Below are positions 22,098 through 35,224 of a DNA stretch of 64,000 bases, piece after piece (position 1 is the stretch's first letter; the number at the start of each line of letters is the position of its first letter). Origin of the DNA: Trichodelitschia bisporula (lineage: Eukaryota); NCBI GenBank assembly GCA_010356995.1, contig ML996689.1, forward strand, positions 1,630,691 through 1,694,690, in the 5' to 3' direction. The position numbers and the translations under genes were made by a program. Under the pieces are notes generated by a model, which made no database searches, was not told the origin of the DNA, and was given only the letters and a program-made list of their open reading frames with translations.

Positions 22098-23966
22098 TTT
22101 GGCGGTTTACGGAGTACTATGATGAACTGCAGGCAGTGAGCTTCATGAACGGAACAAACAACGCTTCAATGTTTCCACGCGGTTCCAGCCGAAGGCCGAG
22201 GAATGCTAGAGTGACATACCGGCAATCAAATGACCCTGACGATGCAAGTTTTCGGAATGTCACAGCAAGGAAGAAAGGGTTTGGAAGGGACGAAGCGAAT
22301 GGAAAACTGGCAGGCGGTGAGAATTAGAAAGTACTACCAACGAAGGAGAAAGCTGCCGGTGTGCTTGCTGAAAGGGAAGAAGAGTCTGGGGAAGGGGGCA
22401 GCTTCGGCGGACATCTGTGCTTTTAGAAGTCCGTGTTGACCTGGGGAGGCGGCTAGCTAGCACATGCATGGCATGGGGAGCTCCATTGAAAGGAGCATTA
22501 GCGCGGTTCCAGACCTCTCGATCATGCAGTTAAATACAGAGAACCCGAGCTACCTACGATGCGTAATCACGTGGTCGAGTTGGGGAGCGAGTCGATGGTA
22601 GGATTTGAGAGAGAAGCGTCTGTAGATGGTGCCGACATGTCTATCTCACGATGCAGATGTTGCTCCTGGGCCGTTGACCTTTGCTCCCGGAAGTCTTTTA
22701 ACTTTCCAGCGCTGACTGAGAGTTGAAAAAACCGTTGCGGTGCCACATCCAGCAGAAGTGAGTACGGAGTAATAGCAAACCTACGGTTAGAAACTTGGGA
22801 TTCTAGAGGTGCAAACACCTGTTTTCAAATTAAGCTCTGCTCCCGAGAAACATCGTGGCGTCAGCTCAAGCCACCTGGGCGTCACATCCTTGCCACTTGG
22901 TATTGGGAGGTCCAAGAAGAGCAAGACGGCAAGTTCGGCGAACAAAAGTCTCGCAGCGCACTGCAAAGCTACTGCGTATGCCATGCAGCGGAAGAGCCGG
23001 CCGACAGAGACCAGCAATCACGGCTGCAAGAGTCGCCTCAACAGTCTTCAGCTGACAGTTCATATATTTTTCTTCCGCTTCTCTAGCTTCGGCTTCAAGG
23101 CTGGTCGTCGTTCCAGCGGGTCTATCCATCTGGCCAGGCCCCCCCGCAAGAGTCGCGGCCAAAGGGGCCGTTCAAGTCGTCCCTTTTTGACGACCAGACC
23201 CTGTACTAGCGACGCCATTCAGCCTGTGTTTGCCCGTCGTTCACCAAACACTTTCGACTCGACGTCAATTGGCCAACAACGCTCAGCCGAGCAAACGCAA
23301 GCCCTCGTAAATCGAAGCGCGGACAGACGAGCTGTCTGAGCTTTCCGCCTTCTTGCCCAATTCGTGCGATCCCGGTTGCGCCGCAACGCCCAGTGGTAAG
23401 GAGTTGCTAAAAAAATGGCCCGACCGATGCAGACGGTTGTGCAGACGCCTTTTTTTCCCCACATCGACATCTCACAAAGACACCCAGCGGTGGCGCTTCA
23501 CCTTTTCGACTTCTGGTGTTAGCCATTTTGATACCTCTCTTTCATGAAAGCGCACTCATCGTCATCAAATATCTTCCAGCACAATTCTTCCATGGCCTGA
23601 TCATTCGATTGTTCACGTCGCACGGTAAAAGGCTCACGCCTTCCCCTGCTGGTCTGCGTCTCCACGCCCCGCACTTCCCGCTCCCCCGCTCGGCTTTGCG
23701 GCTCCCCTCCAACACCGGTTCGGTGAGACAAACATCCTGCTGCATGTACGTGGATCCTCTGGCAGACGGCCTTTACAACGAAACACGATCCGCAGCATCC
23801 AAGCCTTCTTGTAGTGCATGACGAATCCTTTGGCCCGCCTTGCAAGCTGCACTCCCCGAGAGCGAATTCGATAAAGCAATTGTGACCGTCCTGGTGGGCC
23901 TCCTGCCCACCATCTCCATCTTTAGCGCTCGGACTGCCTAAATCCGCAGTCCAGTAGCATGGATGA

Positions 23967-24787
23967 ATGGAGTCAATGACACCAAATCCCGCTTCTACCA
24001 ATATTCATGCCGGCTTGGATACCACCCCACCCAAACCTGCCAGCGACACCATTGTGCCGCCGTACTGGCAACGCCATGTTCGCAACAATTCTTCCTTAAA
24101 CACCGGGGATAGTCGCCGGTCTGCCATCCAGCTCGAAGACCACACCGAAGAGGATTCCGAGCAGAGCAAAGCGTTGTGGGCGAGATCGGCTAGAATCGAC
24201 GACTATGTGATAGTTCGTGGAACCCCACCAGGCATTGGTGCTTACGTGGTCTGGAATTGTTTGGTCGACACTTTAGATGTGAGTTGAACTCCGTAATCGC
24301 AGCATCAAGCTGTGAGGGTTCCCCGCAGTACTACCCTGGCGCGAGCCTATTTTGGATGTGGGATTGTGGGTACAGTTGCTAACATGCGTAGGGCGGCTCC
24401 ATCACGCTACGGAAGAGGTAATGCGGTTTATCACCGTGCTGCAACGACATGTGTTAATCGCCGCTAGATACTCTGAATTTCTGACTCTTCGGAAGAACCT
24501 CGCTCGAACATTTCCCAAGTCTGAGGGCGCGATGCCCCCTCTCCCCCCAAAAAGCATCATATGTACAGTTCCAACCTAAAAGGACTGGGCTCGTCTTTCC
24601 ACTAACCTTTTAGCAAACTTCAAGCCCAAATTCCTCGAGAAGAGGAGGGAAGGCCTGTCGTACTTCCTCAAGTACGTCGTACACTTCCCCCTTACTTCGC
24701 CCTGAGGACTAACTCGGATCCAGCTGCATCCTCCTAAACCCCGAGTTCTCCGGTTCACCCGTTTTGAAAGAGTTCCTCTTTTCTTGA
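23967..24787 (+). CDS. YPT35: Small PX-domain protein Ypt35 (5 exons)
   Basis: IDDYVIV..GAYVVWNC, RKR/YSEFLTLRKNL...PPLPPKS, FKPKFLEKRREGLSYFL, CILLNPEFSGSPVLKEFLFS. Confidence 0.85.
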
Positions 24788-25744
24788 TTATCATGATGAA
24801 TCATGTCTCCCCTTCGGAGGTGCCGAGCGATGAGCTGGATGTCCTATATCTGTACGGCAGCATGACTTCGGTGTTGGGTGTTGAGCTCCATGCTGGGGTA
24901 CAACTAATGTATAGCTCCTGTTCGGAATAGCATGTTCAGACAGACAGCTGCTTGCCACTTTTTGTTGAGCGGTTATATGGAGCTGCTTATGATAACCTGA
25001 TTTCCTCGCCGATGAAGAAGATATCCAGCTCTGGACACTGATACGAACAGTACTTCAATTTCCTTAGAAGCTATCTATTCGGCGGCCTTCCCAATAGCGA
25101 TGACGCTGTTGTAAGTCAGAAAGGGAACATGGACCAGGGGCACCCGAAAAAATCGCGGCCCCCTTCCTGGGCATTTTTGCGGACCGGAGCGGCCACGATC
25201 TTTCCTGGTGGCCTTTGGATGATGCACGAGGATCTGAAACACAAATCGGCTATCACAGTCCACACCCTTCCCTCACCCGTTCGTGTCGATACATCCATCA
25301 ACAAACATTGGCGCACAAGCTTAACCTCCCAAATGACAGGGTTTCCTCAACTCCTCGAGCAAAATGTTTCATATGACATCAACACAACCTTCACTGAATT
25401 TCGGAAGCTTTCCTCGGGCATTCCATGGGAACGGGTTCTCCTCATCCATTTATCACGGCATAACCGCTCTTTCGGCCTTGATATCCCGTGACAGTCACAT
25501 GTGCCGATCTCCCACCCTCGGAAGGATCAGTCAAGTTTCACATACACGAAACGGCCATACCACGCGCCACTCACACTGTGGCTCGGGCACATCACCAAGC
25601 AAAGATGAGTAATATCAAGGTATAATCAACTTAGTTACAGATGAAGAGCAGTCTAGGCACCATCATATGTACATCAGGGTCTCCGGAACAATATCCCCCC
25701 TTTTAAGCGTAGGCACACGCTCACGCACCCGACCCGCTGCTTGT

Positions 25745-26368
25745 CTACCTGCACCAGAAGGGGCGCTGGCCGCGGCTGTTCGCGCACTCGCGCTGGCAAC
25801 GCCTGGTATAATCAGCCTCGCAACTCTTACCTCGGATTTGGGGGAAACATACTCGCTCAGCGGCTCATTGCGCCTAAAGTCCTCACAGCGGCGATCATTC
25901 CACCCCGGGTTCCCAGGATTGAACCCCGGGTTCCCAGGATTGAACCCCGGGTTCCAGCCCGGGCCATTGTTGTTCCCAACATTCCCGCGCTGGCTCTGGC
26001 AATCGCGGCGCTCACGCCCGTCGAACTTGTTGCAGTAGTTCGGGTCGCTCTGGCACTCGCGACGCTCGCGGCCCTCGTACTTGTTGCAGTAGTCGTTGCG
26101 CGGAGGCGCGCGCTGGCTCTGGCAATCGCGGCGCTCGCGCCCGTCGAACTTGTTGCAGTAGTTGGCGTCCGACTGGCAGTCGCGACGCTCGCGGCCCTCG
26201 TACTTGTCGCAGTAGTCGGCGGGAGCTGCCGGGGTGGCGGCTTCGGCCGGGGCGGCGTCGGCGGGGAGGGCGAGGGCCACAGCGCTTGGGGGGGTTAGAG
26301 GGGCGGTGGGTGGGGTGGAGGGCTTACCCGAAGCTGAGGACGGCGAGGAGGGCCTTGGTGAGATGCAT
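25745..26368 (-). CDS. Small secreted Cys-rich repeat protein, 176 aa (exons 26328-26368, 25853-26284, 25745-25802)
   Basis: Spliced signal peptide MHLTKALLAVLSFGAVALA; 4x YCxK(Y/F)(E/D)GRERR(D/E)CQS; NPG repeats; ends RCQRECANSRGQRPFWCR. Both introns have GT/branch/AG signals and the spliced length is a multiple of 3. Confidence 0.85.
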
Positions 26369-26467
26369 GGTTGCTGGTGGATTGGTGGATTGGACTAAAG
26401 AATGGTGGTATGGGATCAAAGGAGTGGTTGTGCTGGATGAAGATTGAAGAGTCGGGAGATACCCGCC

Positions 26468-26474
26468 TTTTATA
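26468..26474 (-). promoter_or_regulatory. TATA box (TATAAAA) of the secreted repeat-protein gene
   Basis: Canonical TATAAAA 100 nt upstream of the ATG at 26368. Confidence 0.55.
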
Positions 26475-28633
26475 AGTACGTCATCTGTTTTCCCACTGCT
26501 CGCCTTCTATTTTTGCCTCTCATTTGTGCTTAATGTATTCTCTTGGACACAATCTCGAGGTCATATTCCGAAAGGACATCTGTCCCGGTGTGCGGCCATC
26601 ATAAATTGGATCAACCATCCCGTGGATTTGGTCGGCCACTTTCGCCGGCAGCCCACACACTCTACGGCCCGTCCCAGTTCCAGGAGAGCGACAGTTTCCA
26701 GTATATCACCGAGTTGTTAAGTCAAAGCTTGCACGGGGTAATTTGGAAGTGCCAAATTTCGTCGTATGACCCAGCATTCGTATTCACGAGCGAGTATTCT
26801 GGAGGGCGGACGAAAGAACAAGCGGAGCACACAACACATATTAGCACATCCTCGCTCGATGATATCAAAGCCAGATGTAAAGCACTCATTTCCTCCACTG
26901 AAAGGAGTGATGATGAGCCAGAACGTTGCAGCCCGTGGTTGCATTGGTGGCCATCTCGAACTTCATCTGCCGATCTGGTCAATTGAGATTATCACTTCGT
27001 CAGAAGCATCATACCTCGTTCAGATCGTACTAAATCGAGGTTCCAAGACATACGGCTCTATGCCCAACCAGGTACCGAGAGGATATGGGGTTGGGATATT
27101 GCGCGAATCCTGATTGTGGCGTTAATGTAGACAACCACCTGAGACTGCGGGGAAACCTTGAGATCAACTACTCTCCGTTGCTTCAGTTGCGTCACTCCAC
27201 CTCCTGCCACGCCCTTGGAAATACTTGGCCTTGTCGTGGACGCCAGGGGACAAAGAAGCACTTTTGCGCCGAGTCTCGTCTGCCCTAATCTAAAGCCTTG
27301 GTCCATCCTCTTATTATCACGGGAGACAAGCTTGCTCAGGGACTGGAGAGGCCATAGCGGAAGCCAACGTACACGTAGTTGTCTGGTAGGCATACGTAAA
27401 CACCATGTTCACAGATCTCCGAGAGCAACGGCAAGGCCGAAAGCCAAGCATCGTGAGCAAAATAAGTGTCACACGGCCGGAACATGACAAGAAGGCAAAT
27501 CGCATCTCAGCAGACCAAAAATGATATTTGCAGTATGCCACGGCTTGGAAAATTGTGGGCATGAAATACCGAAGGATCAGTTGTCCGACGGGCAGTCAAG
27601 CCAATCTACCCCTGATGGCCTCCCAAGCATACCAAAGACCGAACTTTTTTTCGGGTGAACCTTGAGGCCACGAAGATGCTTGACGCGGTCCAAGAGGGGT
27701 GTGCCCGTTTGCAACGGAGAAAGGTTTAAACGGATGTCGCAGGTGCGTCGTCATCGTCATATATGTCAGACCCCAGTCTCTGGCGCTGAACGGAGCCGTT
27801 GGGTCCAGAAGGTCTATTGTATTGCGGCGCTGGGAAATCGAACCGCAATCACAATCGTGATCCGCCCCATAGAGTATGCAACGGATGTGCTATTTTGGTT
27901 TATAGGGTTTGTTATTCCGTAGAACAGTCCAGGCCATGGAGAATTCTGCGCGAGCAACTTATGCCTGTACGCCACGATTAGCCGCCACAATATAGGGTAT
28001 AGAAGCTACGATATTCGACTGTGACATGTCCAGCGACTGAAGAGGCAAACCTACCGACCGTGGCTAAGGCTTTTAAGCTAAAAGTGAGTAAAGCCACGGT
28101 AGTTAAGGCTCAAGTATCAAATGCCCAAGCCATACGTTCGTGTATGGCGTTTCCCCCACGAAAAGGCTTAAAAACCAGGTACCGTAGACAAGAGCGCCGA
28201 TTTTGAGGGGATAGGACAATTCGAAAGCGTCACCGGCTTACCAGATCTTATCTGATAATGAGATTTGACGCTGGAAAGCTCCCGTGACACGGGATGAGCA
28301 AGGTATGGGAATACAATGGAACTGTGTTTACCGCTCCATTCCAGCCTCAGATAAAATTTCACTGTCATCATCACACCAGTGCTTGAACATCACCAGCTTG
28401 CTGCTTGGGTCCCAAGCTTAAGGCAGTAGCAAACGCGGAAGGATACTCACCCAGCTGGTCTACGAATGCTCCCTCGAAGGCCGCGAGGCTGGGAGGCCTA
28501 ACATGGGGGACTTCACTGAGCCGAGTGTTCGAAAATGGAACCTGGGACTAGTTCGGTGTGCGGTCAGCCCGAGCTCCTGAAGGCTAGATTTCACCACGTC
28601 GGATTGCGGAGGGCATAGATAGATGGCATCTCT

Positions 28634-28900
28634 ACCTTTGGCAGTCTGTCAGCTGCCATCGCTTCGGGCATCTTAAGTGTTGTCAGATTGAGAATCGTAC
28701 GTTGATGCCGCAAGTGTCTTCGGGCAGGTCAGGAGCACCGGATGTCGAGACGAGTATCACCTTTGGCACTCTGTCAGCTTCCATCGCTACGGGTATCTTG
28801 AGCGCTGTCAGGTTGAGAAACGTACCGGGATGTTCAGATGATGGCGAAGAGCTGATGCCGCAAGTGTCTTCGGACGGGTTAGGAGCACCGGATTTTCGAC
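28634..28900. repeat. Diverged tandem duplication (150-nt unit; left copy has a 25-nt deletion), probable coding relic on the minus strand
   Basis: acctttggca..ctgtcagct at 28634 and 28759; tgatgccgcaagtgtcttcgg at 28703 and 28853. Confidence 0.75.
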
Positions 28901-31900
28901 GTGTGCTCCTGGGCGAGGTGGCAAACCATCCCTTCGCTCCTCCCTCGGTGAGAGCACTGGAGGCGAGGGGAGGAAAGCGCGAGGCAGGGTGATGCCCGGG
29001 GCGTCTTCCAAGCGCTTCTGCACCCTTTGACCCCATGATGGAGCGTGACTTCCTCGTTAAGCGGGTTGCTCCTGACCGACGCTGCATTGGGTCTCGGCTG
29101 TCATGAGTGAAAGCCAGGGGGTATGCCCCAGTGGGAAGCGACGACTAAAGGCGAGCGGCTGAGGGCACGCTGGGGTCGGCGCTTCGGTGAGGAATGAGGC
29201 AAAAGACTCAACGCAGTTTCCGCCTTCATGGACGTATTGGACTTGCTGACGTGGTTTGTCAATACCTCTAGCTGGTCATGGACAGGAATAACTACTTGAC
29301 GTACCTCTCATCCAAGACTGTACTGTGTATATCGACAGCGGACGGAGCCACGACGATGAAATCATTATGTACTCTGCAGGGCGACAAGACAAAGCACACA
29401 TCTCAAGCACCATCGTGGACACTGTCGCTTCACGTACGTATACTGAAGAGGATACCAAAGAGTACATCATGCTGGTCGTCCTATCTGAACGCGAAGCATC
29501 TCAGTTCTTTCCTCACCAGCCGCAACACGCCCGTCCAAGGCCTAATTCAGCCCAGTACCCCTTCGGGAATATCGATCAACTTCATTCGAGCCCAACGATC
29601 CTGGTGGGAGCCTTGTGTCACCCACCAAAAGGTTGGCCTTGCCCCGTGGCATCGTCAGGACGGAATACGTAGACGTAGAGGCGACGCGTGGATATCGAAG
29701 GTGGAAAACACTGTCCTCGGCACTACAGTGACGGACACGAGGGAAGCCGGAAATTAGTAACCGCTGTGCAAAACCAGGCGCATATGCCCAACGCAGCTGA
29801 GTCATAGATTTCACCAGTCGTCGTGAGCTCCGTAGCACATGTGTAACCAGTTCTTTCCAACGCCTGCGTCTGGATTGGAGAGAAAATCTCGAGGATCCTC
29901 TGGACTGGGTGCCCGCGGAAACGGACGGCGTTATCCCAAGAAAAGCGTCTTCACCAGTGGAGCATCTAAGAAAACAGGCCGGCGGTTGTGAGTTCAAACG
30001 GTGCGAAACTGACTATGTCGATCGGGGAGCAAGGGGGGAAATATCGTGGCGAACTTCGGGTATAAGCTCGGATTTTGCCATCGATGAGTTACTCTAAAGT
30101 AACGTATACGTAGGAGAATGCTTCGACGTGGGGGTGATTCAACTCTCGGTCTAGTTCTAGACACACACCGGCTGCTCGGCTAAGGGTAAACGAAATCGCA
30201 AAAGAGGGGCCCAGTCGTGTCGGGGTCGGGACCAGACTCGGCTTCCTCTGCGCCCGGGGGCGGGTTCCAACGTTGCTGAAAACATGGGAAGCGATGATCT
30301 CTCTCGCCTGTCATCTGGGCGTTACGTTCGAGGGAAGCAAGTCGGGCCTATGGTGCGGTTCCTCCCATGGCTCCGGGGCATTTCCGAGCTGCTGTGGAAC
30401 GTAGGACGAGGTATCCCGGATGGTGCCCTACTAAACGCCAGAACGCGAGCTGAGTTGTTCATCGTGTCATGTGCCGCAGAGGGGTCGAACAGGCGGGCAG
30501 ATGAACAACACTCAAGCTGTTCGGGCATCCACTAACACTCTCCACCAAGCGAGGTGTTGATGTTTCGTCAAAGGATGCCTGAGGAATCTAATTGGTGCCG
30601 CACCCGGCTTGCGGGGTGGGGGATGGAGGGGCGAGCACTGGAATCTGATAGGTACGACGCGGGGACTGAGTGGCTCCCGACTGTTCACCTTCTTCCCCGT
30701 GTCACGACATGGACCTTCGGAGCCTCCAGATGATTGGTTTCCAATATGCGAAGCGGCCGCGGGATGGCGCCGGGAAGTTTGCACGGCACGCCTATAACAA
30801 CCTGGCACCTCGAGCTTTACCCTTTTGTTGGACGAAATGGTTGACGAGTGCACATGGCGGGGTACGTACCAGTAGGCCTTGTGTCGACTGCTCAACTCAG
30901 AATGGCTGTGGACTCTGCCTTCAAAGCACCAGCCGCATGCGGATAACCTTTCCAATTCCCGCACTTGTCGCCCCTGGCTCCTCACCCTCGCGACCGCCTG
31001 CCTGATGCGCTGCAGTTTGTCACAGATATTCTACCCACCCTAAAGGCAATGAGCAACTGATCGGTGTGGCGTATGAACTCCGTGATCGTGCGACGTCAGG
31101 CACATACAGATCCATTGCACAGAACGGATAGAGCCCTCACCTCATCCGTAAGAGCCTCTAGCCCGTACAGTCACATGGCTTGCCGAATCCTCACTCACTA
31201 CGCCAAACTGCAGGTGCGCAGGATAAATCGGCAAGTCTACCACAAGGAGAGTGCAGCAAGAGGCGTGGATCCAGTGAAGTTCTTTTGAATTACGCAGGAG
31301 GGCGTACCGTGGCGTTCCTGCTAGCACCTAGGAAACATGATCGCGGTATGGTTGTCCATGATGCACCACAGCACATTATTGCAGACTCTGCTACATGCAC
31401 TCAGCACATATCGCCAGGGAGAGGACATTTTTGGAGTTAAACCTTGTTAGGCAAAGCGCCTTCAGATGCAAGTCATCGCGAGGGACTCGATTGGGACACG
31501 CCACCTGTGCTTTTTGCGGGGTGCTAGCGCGTCTTGCCAGGTTCCCCTGGACATTACAGTTGAGGAACGTGCATTTCCGCTGTCTCCGATGCCGGCGAGG
31601 AGAAACGAACGGTACCGTAATTCGAATGGAGAAGCGCTCACGAAGCCTTGCGCTTCAAGCCAACAGGACGAATAGTCAGCACCGGAGCAATGTGAAGCAG
31701 AGGGGGAAGACTGCGGCTCGCGAACCCAACTCCTACGGTAGAACCAACTCCGTATCCTTGTCAAAAGGTGTGTTCAAGTGGGGAAAGGTCAGGCGCTGCG
31801 GTCGTCTTTGTGTCACCGTTGCTGCGCGCCAAACGCCACTACAAATTCGAGTACTGGGATGTGGAGCCGGATTGCTCACCGCGCCGAGATGCAGAGGCAG

Positions 31901-34900
31901 AAGCAAGAGTCGGATGAGGGCAGACGGAGATGGAAGAGACGGCAAAGACACATTTCGGAGATGGGGGGCGTGGTGGGGGTACTTCCTGCGAGCGACTCCC
32001 CGGGCCCGTGTCCCTGATGCGGGGCTCAGGCTGTCGGTGTTGCGGCCTCTTCTTGAGTAACAAAGAACCGGGGCAACGAGGCCGAGAAGCGGTCCTATTT
32101 TCGGTAATCGCGTGGGGGTCAGCGTACCTGAGACGAGGCAGTGGCGGTCAAGAGGTCGCAGCGGTACCTCGAGATACCCGCGGGATGTTTGCCGCACCGA
32201 GAAAAAATCGCTGCCCAAAAATTGTGAACATCAAAAAGAGCCAAGAACACGCTCCGCGCTCTGACGGGACGCGAGCTGAGAATGTGTGTGCCTGCGAAAT
32301 GGCTCTTCGAGCCAGGAACTGTTGGTGGCGTTCGAACAACATGGCAAGCCGGCCAAGTTGGCCAACCCACGAGAATGGCTGGCAGCGCAAGGGAGGAGAA
32401 TGGGCAAAACCCTTGTCGGAAACAAAGCAATTCTTGCTCCAGGCCGGCGGAATGGAGAGGAGGCGCCCGGTGGGCTCGTGGTCATCCTTTGCCCGCCTTG
32501 TCGGGCCCATTTCTCACGACACATGTCCTATTGCCGCTGTTGACTGAAGAACTTCCCAGCTTGATTCGCCAAATGGCCGATCCAGCGCGATCCCGCTCTT
32601 ATCCTTGCGTCAACGCGTCAGCCGGATAATCCTTTACCTACGCCGTTGCGCGCTGACAACCGCCATGGCACCACGTAAGGCAACAGCACTTGACTCAAGA
32701 CGGACATCAAGTCCACCGGCTTGGCTCTTGAGTCCCAAGGCGCGCAATGCCTGTCGAGCTGTGCTGGAGGTCGCACAGCGCAAGATATGGGGTACGTCTG
32801 GCAGATCCTGCTACGTAGTACATGCTTGCCCTCTGCGCGAACAATGGCCGTCCCCGAACCAGCTCCGTTACACGGCGATGCCGGTGGTGGTGGCGGGGTA
32901 GATCGGTGTTTCCCGTTCAGGTGCCGATTTTTTATGGAGATTGAGATACGCAGGACCGGGCGGTTCAAAGGCGAGGGGGTACAGCTGGGGGTGAACGTCG
33001 AACAGTAACATCAACGACCACATACGACGAAGGAATCAAGCCGCCGGCCCAGGGCTTAGAGGAGCGGCGTTTGAGCATCCCGGAAAACGTGGGGGTCGAT
33101 CGTGGTTTGCTGCCGCTGCCGCGTCGCCGGGTGCTCATGGAGGTGCTTGCGCCGCCCCATTGTGCGCACAGGGCGCCACCGTTCAACTCCGCAGTCTATC
33201 TCCACATCCGATGGTAATATCAATGTCAATTTCGCCTCTCAAGTCCTCGAGGCAGTTTCAGGGCTCCCAGTAAGCAGCGGGCAGCTGAAGAGCAATGGAG
33301 GACGCGACGCCACGATACCTCTGTATGAGGGACGGCGATGTGATTCGGCGGCCTCCACCTAACGGAACCACCTATTGACGTCGGGGACGTCTTACTGACC
33401 TCACGATGGCTATCAGGTGATAGTTCATGGTCCGAGCTGGTTCAGGGCTGACCGACTCGGAGACAACCACGGCGCACGGCATGCGGTGTGCGTGAGTTGC
33501 AGTCGGGATCCGTGGAGTCCCTTTTCTAGGGCGTTTTTCTTACTAGGAGGGGAGTAAAAGGCGAAAGGCAGAAGGGGAGTTGTGTAATTGCTCAGTAAGT
33601 GCAGAGGACCGCGGACAGTGGACAGTTGAGGGGGAGTTGATGGGGGGGGAGGTGGTGTCCATCAAGAGGTGGTTACCCGCAAGCACAGTTGGTCGTCACA
33701 GAGGCGTTTCGACCTATGAGAAGGACGGAAAGCGGGATGAAAGGCGATTTGCTGATTTGCTCCACCCTCAGGGTTGCCGCCCTTTTTTTCCCCAGTCCAT
33801 GGCGGTTGTCGCACAAGAAACCCCCACACTAAAAAACCTTGCCAACGTCGCCTGGCATCCGCCGACTCCGCGTCTCCGCGCTTCACAGCCACCCTCCACT
33901 TATGCCTCCTAAGCCGTCTTCTCTTTTGACTTACAGGCCCTCTCTAGAACTCTGTCATGATTATTTCCACTATTTCGGCCTAGATTGCTGCGGCCCCACG
34001 ATGCGTGGTGCCGTGGTCGTTTGTCTGGCCTTGACGCCAGCGTGGATGTCGGTGTCTTGAGCATCACATGTCCACCTGCCGATGCGTACACGGCTAAAGG
34101 AGAGCCAGCGCAAAAGACAAACGAACGGGGCAACCTGAATGTGGGTTGTGGAGACCCGCAATGAGGCGGGGAGTGAGTGGGGTGGGGGAATGGGAGAGGG
34201 GCCATCGACGGCGACCAGCATCGTCAGCCTGGCCGAGTCCACGCCTTGACCGAAAAGGGAGCAACCAGCGTCGTGTTTACTGTGTAGTTCCTTACTTTCG
34301 AGTCCCATGGCGACGTACATGCGTCCTGCTGTTCGACGCCCAGCGGAAGCGCCGCACGCAGCATCAAGCACTCCAGCAACACCAGCAGAAAGGCTAGCAA
34401 CGCAGCCAGGCGGTCGCCATGTGCCTGCAGGAGTGGCATGGCTCCCCCTGCTCATGATCGCCCTGCCCTGGCACAGCCGTACGTTACGGAAAATGTGTGC
34501 TGAATATCCTCTCTCCCCTCTCTCCCTCCTCTCTCCATCTCTGCTTAAGCCCAATGGAAGGGGAATTGGACAGCCAGGAAAAGGAAAACACGCACACAGG
34601 CGCAGACGCGCTGCGCGTGCCCAGGTCAATTGTGCCCGTCATTCCATTGCCTTGTCACATCACAGTTCGCTAGAACTTGGAAGCGCAACTCGTCTCGGCT
34701 GCGCGCGCCTGCTGCCTCACGGGGCCGACGCCATACGCCATACACCTACGCCATCACCTGTCATCAAAAGTAGACCCAATTTTCCGCCCTTTTGCAACAT
34801 ACGCCGCCCTGCGCCGCCTCTTTTTTTTGTCTTGCGCATGTACTCACCGTTGATTTGCCCCGGTCAGCCCCGTAGCAGTGACAAAGCCAAGTCACCTGCA

Positions 34901-35020
34901 CCCCCACACGTTGCCTTTCATCATCATCTCATGCTTTCTAGAATTTCTGCTAGGATATTCAGGACTACTTAAAGCTGGAGTTCCCTCATCTTCCCCCTCT
35001 CATCTTGAGCTATTCTTTAC

Positions 35021-35048
35021 CATCATCATCATCATCATCATCATCATC
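35021..35048. repeat. (CAT)9 microsatellite upstream of the aldolase
   Basis: Read directly. Confidence 0.9.
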
Positions 35049-35224
35049 GTTGAGCGTGTTTGTCTTGCCTTTTGATATCCCACCCAAGCCTCACTTCACA
35101 TTGCTTATCCCCCCCACCTCCCATATCCTCATTACTCCGCCCAACGCCAAAGGCTCGCTTACCATATCCCATTTCTTTGGGACCGCAATCGCAGAGCACC
35201 TCCTTCAAATCTCCTTGCTCCAGA

